Of a DNA stretch of 32,252 nt, positions 23,325 to 32,252 are shown one piece after another. A program made the translations under genes and the position numbers. The notes beneath the pieces are model-generated. The model was not told the DNA's origin. It did no database searches and saw only the letters and a program-made list of their open reading frames with translations. Origin of the DNA: Octopus bimaculoides (lineage: Eukaryota); contig NC_068997.1 of NCBI RefSeq assembly GCF_001194135.2, positions 54,338,167-54,370,418 on the forward strand, in the 5' to 3' direction. Position 1 is the first letter of the stretch. Every line of letters starts with the position of its first letter.

Positions 23325-23360
<36 letters not shown>

Positions 23361-23436
23361 TTGTATGTTCACGTATACTTATGAATATATATACACGCAC
23401 ATACACATATCAATCTATTTATATATGTATATGTGT

Positions 23437-23493
<57 letters not shown>

Positions 23494-24644
23494 CATATAT
23501 ACATAAATACATACATACGCAGAGACATGCAAATGTATAGCGTCTGAAAGCTGAGTATTTGCAGTGAAAAGAAAATTAAAAAATAACAAAAAAGTTGCAT
23601 CAATACATCAAGAGAAAGAAAGAGAGAGAGAAAGAGAGAGACAGACAGACAGAGACAGAGACAGAGATAGGAAGAGGGAGTTAGAGAGAGAGAGAGAAAG
23701 AAGGAGAGTGAGAAGAAAGGAGTTAGAAGACGCAAGTTTCGATTATTAAATTACCAATCAGCATATCAATATTTACGAAGTTTTTAATCTAGCAATTAAA
23801 TCTGGATGTTCTCTGAACTACAAGCCTATTCAATTTAAGAGTATTGGTACATGAGTTAGCTTTCGTTTATATGTCTATATTTTTATCGCCTCTTCGTTTT
23901 CCAAGTCTCTTCCTCTATCTAATAAGCGCAAAATTAAACTAAATACGTTAACCTTTCGGTGGCCATTTCTTTTTTCTTTTACTAATAAAATCTGACGAAT
24001 CTATAATAGTAACGAGACCATTCGGAGTCTGGCTTTTATTTGTAGGTCAAAAAATGTGAACGCAGATAATTTTGGAAGAATGGTAAAATCATTTCTATTC
24101 CAAATAGAACGGTGCCTCCTGAATAATAGGAGAGAAAACAAGAAATTTATCTTTCCAGATATCAGAAAAAATATGATGTCACACTCTATACATGTATATG
24201 CGTAAATCAGTGAGTGTGTAAGTGTGTGTATGTGTGTATGTGAGCAAGTGTGTGTGAGTGTGCATATGTATGTGCGTGCATGTGTGTGTCCCTAGAATCT
24301 CAAAATCCTAAGACTCCGGATAATTCAAAATAAAACTGTTTTTCTGTGTATAGTACACAATATCTAATATTTATATATTTTCTTATTTATGTTTCTGACT
24401 GTCAGTTGATAGATTCGAGATAATATTTTAACACCATATAATCTTCTATTCTGATCTGCAATTTCGATTTACACCAATAATCTGCTATTCTCATCTCGTG
24501 ACTTTGTCTCGTTGTCTGTCAACCTTTGTTTTCTGACATTTATCTTCCGGTATACACTTAGATGTTTCTATCAGCTTGTCGGATTCGGTCTTTCCTTACA
24601 TCTACAGTTTCGCTCCCATTCTTTCTCTCTTTCTCTCTCTCCTT

Positions 24645-24707
<63 letters not shown>

Positions 24708-25682
24708 GTCGCAACGAAAATAATTCAGTTAATATGTGGGGTAGGAGTGTGTTGATTATTATTATATGGATAAACAGCAACAGATATAATGAACAGACTA
24801 ATTTTACAAAATGCTTTGCAATAAAACTGAGAGGAATTAGGTTGAAAGCAATAATATATTATACAATGATCTGTGTCTGCTAATATTAGCTGTTTTTTTA
24901 TACATATACATCTAAAATAAAATAAAAACATTTCCATAGCAACTAGAGTTTGATATTCTAATTCAGTATATAGCACAGATGGGTTTGAATAAACATTTTT
25001 CCTTCGAATCCGAACCCCAAAAATGTTTATTTTATTCGTCAGTTTCCCCCACCCCTTAATATTCCCTTTATATTCCCATCCCCAGTTTCCGTTCTTCTTT
25101 ATCATTTTAAATTACTTTTCCCTGTCTCGCTTAGTCCCTCTTTAATTCTAAATCTGATCTATTCATGCAGACATACGTTCTCTTCTGTAACCCGTCAGAT
25201 GTTATCAGGTTTTTTCATCGTATTATGTTCTCTATAGAAAATCAGTTAAAATATTCGCTATTAATCGTGACAAAGATTCTCACACGACAAACGGTCACAG
25301 AAGAATACTATCTTCATCGGAAATAGAATTTAATTTTGAATAAGACACCGACAAGAACAGGGATATAGAAAAATGAAAATTTTAAATGCTGTGCTTTGAG
25401 GTCGAAAAAAAATTTAGCATTTCTTACAATTTAACCGTGTATAGATAAATGTTCATCGTGAAAACCAGTGTAGTATGTCTAAGCAATATATATATATATA
25501 TATATATATATACAAAGCAGCAGTGTATAACATTTTAAAGAAATCGGATGAAAGATGTAGAAGTTATTGAAGAACATAAAATTTTTGTACATACACAAAG
25601 ACACACATACACACACAGAGAAAACTTCAATTTTATAGATATTATATATGTATATGTGTGTGAGTGTGTGTGNNNNNNNNNN

Positions 25683-25830
25683 GAGGACAGGTGGTGTAAA
25701 TAACAAAAGTATATATTAGTATGACGCTCGGGAATACGGAAAGTCTTTGACGTTTCGAGCTACGCTCTTCAACAAAAAGAATACGGAGACAAGGAGAAAA
25801 ACACGGAGAAAAAAAATTGAATAGTGTTCA
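25683..25830 (-). mobile_element. Penelope-like terminal repeat fragment with minimal hammerhead-like motif
   Basis: Minus strand ttgaagagcgtagctcgaaacgtc (25772-25749). GAAACGTC with palindromic ACGT is typical of Penelope-associated hammerheads. Family assignment from recall. Confidence 0.5.
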
Positions 25831-26627
25831 GTCAACGGTCAATCATATATATATATATATATATGGGGGTGGGGTGAATGTATGTATGTACATACGTACG
25901 TATCTGTTTATGTATATTCCAATCCAAAATATTTCTTCCTTTCTTTGGATTCCTTTACCATTGTGCATCCACTCTTAGATCTCAAAATTTCCTGAAACTT
26001 GGTCATATCTATTATTTCAATAATAATGATCCTTTTAGTCTTTTATTTGCTTCCGCTATTACTCTGATGTGATGCTGGAGAACCTCACCTATATCCGAGT
26101 TTTGACTGCTGTGGCCAGTGTAAGTGAAGGAACACTTAACTTCAAGGAACATACAGACAATACAGTGCTAACAGTGACTGTTTATGTTTGTTAATATCTT
26201 CTATTTCATGGTACTCAGAAATAATTTACTTTCGTCAATTTATGTTCTTTTTTAAAATATTGTGACAGGCTCCATTGATTTTCGTAGTTCGAAGATCGAC
26301 TCCCTAAGGCACTTGTCAAATATTGAGGCTGGTTTTTATCTGCTATAATTCTCCCCAACTTGGGGTTTTTGCTAATGTTAAAAAACTAATTGATGGAATA
26401 AAAGACTGACAAAACCGTTTGAATTACTGACAAAAGGATGTGTGACGATTTAGTTGTATGACTTTAAGCTCGTTTTCGAATGAATCCGCAGCCGGTTTTG
26501 CCTTCCATTTTCACCTAGAGTTGATCATGAAATTAACCCTGACAAATATTGAAGCTGATCGGTCGGTACTACCCCATAGACAATGTTCACGTTTGAACCT
26601 CATTATTATAATTGCTGTTGTTGTTAG

Positions 26628-26903
26628 ACAGGTCGTGTTGATCAAAAACTTTCCAACCACGACGATAACGTTTCATTGTGGACATTCTATATCAAGGAGT
26701 ACATTATCTCGTGTTCTGCTTTTAAGACACTACCGTCAAAGATTTCGTCCTTGATAAAGAACGATGGCATGGTCACGACTGAAACCTCGCCTGTGAAGCG
26801 ACTGCTGGATCAACACAATAGGCTGGTGATACTGTTTTCAATTTCTCTTCACAAAACCGAAAAAATATTTCATAAAATCGATATCCAGGAAAATTGTTTA
26901 TAA
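26628..26903 (+). other. Unassigned 91-codon open frame after a possible acceptor (TGRVDQKLSNHDDNVSLWTFYIKEYIISCSAFKTLPSKISSLIKNDG...)
   Basis: ttgttag|ACAGGT, then no stop until 26901-26903; non-repetitive. No homology recognised. Confidence 0.2.
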
Positions 26904-27339
26904 TTTTTGTTCTAATTTTTTTTTTTTTACGTTTTATTATTTATTTGCATTTTATATTATTTATTTATATTTTTTCTATTTTCTGAAAATGAAAGAACGA
27001 ACGGTTTTCAATTGTTTGAATTATGAAGTTTTAGCCAGTCAAAACTAAAGATTTTTGTAAAGATAGAACTTCGTTTCCTCTTGAATTCTTTGTTATGTTT
27101 GTTAAATTTAGCAGAAAACTAGTTTCCTGTTGATAATATGAGATAATATCACGGCCATTGTTGAAATCTGTTCATGATTTACGCAAAATTTTCTTTCCAA
27201 ATAATTTTCTTTATTTTTTTAACCCACCAAAAAAAAAATATCTGTTTCTACCGAAAATTATTGTATTTTTATACAATATATGAAAATACAATATATCATA
27301 AATGATTTTGAATATTTTTTATATATTTTTTATTTGCAG

Positions 27340-27409
27340 AATAATTCTTCTCGTGTCTGCTAGAAATGCGTGGAAACCAGACTGACCAATATAGAAAATT
27401 TCCCAATTG
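27340..27409 (+). other. Candidate 70 nt exon (possibly UTR plus start MRGNQTDQYRKFPN)
   Basis: atattttttatttgcag|AATAATT...CCAATTG|gtaatg. All frames from the acceptor contain stops; ATG at 27366. Confidence 0.2.
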
Positions 27410-27768
27410 GTAATGCTTTGTAATTTTTCGGCGTCTCAGATTTTTGGAGAAATTATAATTATTTTGTAAAGAAAAAAAAAGAGGACTACATGATTCTATT
27501 GCTTTGTGATATTCTTATATAAATTCTAGTGAATGTTATCGTATTTTACTTTTTCAGAATATAATTCCAGATATTTTAGGAGAAAAATTTAAATATTACA
27601 TATCTACGTGTGTGTATGTTGTGTGTGTGTGTGTGTGTGCATGTGTATGTGTATGTTTGGATGCATGTATCTATTGTGGCTAAGGGTTGGGTCCTAGCCT
27701 CTATGTATGTAGGTGTGTTTGCATGTGTGTAAGCACACACACATATATATACATATATATATATATAC

Positions 27769-27799
<31 letters not shown>

Positions 27800-27829
27800 C
27801 ATATATATANNNNNNNNNNATATATAAAG

Positions 27830-27920
27830 GCGCATGCACTGGTGGTTAGGGCACTCAAGATCCAGCGATTGTGATTTCAATTCCTAGACGGGGTGTTGTA
27901 TTCTTGAGCAAAACACTTAT
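27830..27920 (+). mobile_element. tRNA-derived SINE 5' fragment (second family)
   Basis: gcgcatgcactggtggttagggcactc (A-box-like)...gatttcaattcc (B-box-like)...gttgtattcttgagcaaaacactt, resembling the conserved gtgtccttgagcaagacactt SINE domain. Confidence 0.65.
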
Positions 27921-29243
27921 ATCTTTTGTTTGAATGAGTAAAATTCTTTAAAAACATGTTGCCCAAGTGATGAACTGGGTGTTTTTATCATTTTGTTGAC
28001 TTGTATGTTATGGAAACCGAGTAACCAGCTCCATGAAATCTAGGGCTCGTAGAAGAAATATCCAGGGGTTGCTGCTGTTAATGATAATGTTCATGATGTT
28101 GACGATGATATTTGAGTTTTGCATGTAGTAATCAAATTTCTGTACAGTTGCTAGACCGAATTATATTAAGTGATCAACCAAAAGAATTAGATGAATCTTT
28201 GAAAGAATTCCTGCTTTTTATCCTCAAGGCAGGACATTTTAAAATTATTTTCCTCTGTTTTCAGCATTTTGATATTTAATTCAGGGTTTTAATCCAGTTT
28301 ATAATTACATCAAACCAAAGATTACGGCAGCTAATTAGGCTACAACTCTATTTACGTCCACTGACAGGAGAAATGTTGGCCGACTTTATGCATTTAAAAT
28401 TCTTAATTCAGATTGAAAATCTCATCCTGTTTAAATAGCGAAGAGGAAATATTTTAGACATTTACCGCAGGGAAGAACTTTGAAAAAAGAGAACACGAGA
28501 GAGGATAACGAATTGTATCCACTTCTTAATTCTACACCACACACACATATTCATTTGTTTTTAAAATATTTTGAAGATCATCAGGCAGAAGAAAATGAAA
28601 TGGAAAGAGAAATATTTTGATTGCCAAGGATTAGGTACGAAATAACAAACTGTTGGAAATTAATCAAGTTTTAGAACGTTGCGCATCAGATTCAATAACT
28701 TGCAATGAATATACACAGAACAATAAATAGGCTGTAAATATACACAGTTTGGTTATGATACATAAAACTCAAGAGATAAGCATAAACTGAATTATTCTTA
28801 GAAGTGTAAATCTTCGTTGAATGCAGTACAATATGCTATAAAGACATTGCACAGAGCTAGACTGAATAAGACATGCTAAAACGCAAGCAGACTGACGAAA
28901 GGTATAATTTGTTGAAGTTGAGCATTTAATTTTAACTTGGGTTTTCAATATTGAGTAGAAAAATAAACAGTTTAACGTTAAATAAAGAAGACAATCGGAT
29001 ACCACTGCTTTCCAACTCATCGTCTTATACTCTCATGGGATAAATACTTTAGGTATATACTTTATATTTATTTAATCGAGTCTGGGGTGTTCATTCATCA
29101 CGACTCTGAGATTTCTCGTCCTGTTGCAAAGAAGGGAAACGATGAGCTTTTAATTAGATTCTGATTCGGGTATGAAATCTACTAATTGGATTGAGTACAT
29201 TTTTCATTCTTTGAGAATCACACATACATACATGTGCTTACAT

Positions 29244-29288
<45 letters not shown>

Positions 29289-29399
29289 TACACACGCGCA
29301 CACACATACACACACATGTATAAGGCAAAGGTAGATATGGATTAATATTGTGGAAAACAAGTTAAAGAGAACTGAGTCAAATGTAACTGGATGGCAAGT

Positions 29400-29427
29400 T
29401 TTCTTCTTCTTCTTCTTCTTCTTCTTC

Positions 29428-29495
<68 letters not shown>

Positions 29496-29515
29496 GTTGT
29501 TGTTATTATTATTAT
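29400..29515. repeat. (CTT)n-(ATT)n compound microsatellite; (ATT)n also at 30321-30410
   Basis: Read directly. Confidence 0.95.
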
Positions 29516-29689
29516 CACCTGTGTCTGTCTCTGTCAGTATACTTTTAATAGCGCTGACATTTGTTTCTCTACCGCTCCACTTCGAATCCCATTACACATA
29601 AATAATTACGTGTAAAACATTCTACAAGACTTGTATCATCATACGTAGTTGAAAAGAATTGATGAATGGCTTCATCTTATCTGATGCTG

Positions 29690-29890
29690 ATGTAGACCCA
29701 AGGGCAGCAGCTTTGAGGACAGGGGTTCACCGATTACATAGCACCTCGTGTTCCACTGATCCATATTTTACAAACTGCCGATTGATGAAAGGCAAATTGT
29801 GTTTTTGGTAGGATTTGAAATCAGTACAGAAAGATAGAAGCAAACGCTGCAGGATATTCTGTCCGATGTTGTAATGATTCAGCCAAGCCA
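29690..29890 (-). mobile_element. Old, diverged Octopus-type SINE copy
   Basis: gatgaaaggcaaattgtgtttttggtaggatttgaaatcag...gttgtaatgattcagccaagcc is a diverged reverse complement of the family core at 147-379. Confidence 0.6.
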
Positions 29891-30320
29891 ATGAGTAGAA
29901 TGGGAAAACGAGAGGCGACCGATTGTTATACAGATAGCTCCAATGATTTATGTTTTGTATTTTGCTTTATTTTGTTTTCTTCATTGTCAAATGGAAGCGT
30001 AAACATGGAGAACAAAACAAAAAAAAATCTGGAATTTCTGCAACTCAGTTATTGGAGAAAGAAAACAAAAAGGAGGAATAATTGAAAGGCAAAGGTAAAA
30101 TGCAACAAAATTAACCAGAAAATATTAAATGTTGAACCTTCATCACAGAATGAGGAGAAATGAAGAAAAAAGGAAATAGAATGGGAAATATCGACCAGTG
30201 TAAGCTTAACGTCTCCATTGATCCTTGGAGGAATCGCGACAAAATATGCGTTGTATGCGATTGTTATTGCGGAGAAAAAGTTAAAAGAAAGGAACCTGGT
30301 TAGATGTAACTGGACAACAG

Positions 30321-30410
<90 letters not shown>

Positions 30411-31689
30411 GGCGCTGATGTCTCCATATGTCTCCGAGTCTCTCTGACAGCATGTATAGCTACAGAGCTGATAGCTGAGCAAATAGCTGCTTAGTATCAT
30501 TTTGATAAGGATCCTTGCTCTGTGCATTCGTATAATTATGTGCAATTATACATGTGTGGACGTGTATGACAATATGCACTTGTGTGCACTTGTATAACAT
30601 TCATTTGTAAATATACGTATATACATGTGTATGCAAGTACATATATATATATATATTAGAGTGTGTTATTCACTATTAAAATTGGGATTGTTGCATTACA
30701 AGCATGCATACATACAAACACGAACACACACCTACACAGACACACAAATATATATATATATACCCTTACATAAACATATATAAAGAGACGTAGCACATGT
30801 ACATACATATACGCACATAAAAACGTACACGCACACACACACAAAGACACAGGACCTTATACATACACGCAGAGAAACACAAACATGCATGGACATGTAT
30901 TCATTCACATATATCTGTACATATATGCATACGCACCCAAATTGGAGGAAATACGAGGTTTCAGTAGATCAAGAATAAAGAAACGTAATTATTTTAACAA
31001 ATTCCATTTTTTAAATTCTTTATCTACTTAATTCCCCCTCTGGCCTCCTTTTTTACACACATATGCGCACACATACACCCACAGACACATACACACACAT
31101 GTATATATATTCGATAGGCAAGCCGTTATAAATGGTACCAAATGATTTATAATGAGGTCACCTGAGAAATTAAGAGAAAATGATGTATGGATCTTTACAG
31201 CTGTTTCGACAATGTGGTGATTGGTTATTGCAATAATGCACATAATAAAAACAGATGTAAATGATAAGGCAACAGCTTTGGTGTATTATATATAAATTCA
31301 AACAAGCTGTAAATGTCACATCGTCGGACCATTTCATCGGAAGTAAGATAGGCAAAATGTAATTAGTAATAGCTAATGCTACACATCAGGGACAACTACA
31401 GCAATAAAAAGAGGTGGAAGACAGGTGTGAATAATCGAGAGGTGATACAGGTGTGAATAATCGACATGTAATACAGCAATGATGGTGAGAAGGCTAAGAA
31501 ACAAAATAAAAAATTCTATTGTTTAAAAAAGGAAGAGATAGAGTAGAGGAAATATAAATACAGAAGGGATGTCTTTAGGGGCGATCACTCTGATGATGAT
31601 TTTGGGATAAGGTCTCTGGTTGGAGGGTACATTTCATCCTATCTTTCACCTCCCTCTTACTCGCTCTCCTACTCACTCTCTGTATGCCC

Positions 31690-31730
<41 letters not shown>

Positions 31731-32213
31731 TCTATCTCCTTGTATCAATTTATCCATCTATGTATCTGTTTCCGATAATTATCATGGGTACGGTGATGTT
31801 CTGAAGATATCTGTTGACTGATTAAGAAGATGTTGCCCTACAACCGTAGCCAAATTCAAGTGGTAACAGGGTTTCAACGTCAAGACGCACATCTAACATG
31901 AGTCGAATAGACTCAGTATCAAAGGCCAGCTTTGTTGTGTTCTAAATATGTGCATATGTATGCGTGTGCGCGTTTTACTGTGTCTTTTCGTCTGTGAGTC
32001 TGTATGACTGTCCATATGTGTATGTATTTGAAGTTATGAGAGTATGTGTATGTTTGTGTATTATATAGATAGATAACAGGCGGAAAGATAACAAATGATT
32101 GACTGACAATAGTTACACACACATATATATATACATAGAAAAAACCATAACAGTACAGGTTAATAAGCGTAACATATAGACACACACGTTACACTTACAC
32201 ATATACAAACATA

Positions 32214-32252
<39 letters not shown>

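Overview
Eukaryotic, very AT-rich, microsatellite-dense genomic DNA from a draft short-read assembly with 7 N-gaps, all next to (TA)n or (TG)n runs. The SINE and transposon families I recognise are typical of octopod cephalopods (Octopus sp.); this is an inference from repeat recognition. There are no prokaryotic genes, operons or CRISPR arrays. Nearly all ORF-track entries are microsatellite artefacts. Supported content: (i) at least four decayed Tc1/mariner-superfamily transposase remnants and one ~560 bp internally deleted mariner with both ends; (ii) the 3' end of a restriction-like-endonuclease (R4/Dong-type) LINE; (iii) several SINE copies; (iv) two repeats with hammerhead-ribozyme-like relics, one a tRNA-headed element with inverted termini; (v) a recent 274 bp local duplication; (vi) a CpG/ETS-rich promoter-like region near 20.1 kb with a candidate first exon encoding a signal-peptide-like sequence on the minus strand, plus candidate downstream exons at 8161-8210 and 518-601. 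The host gene(s) could not be identified.
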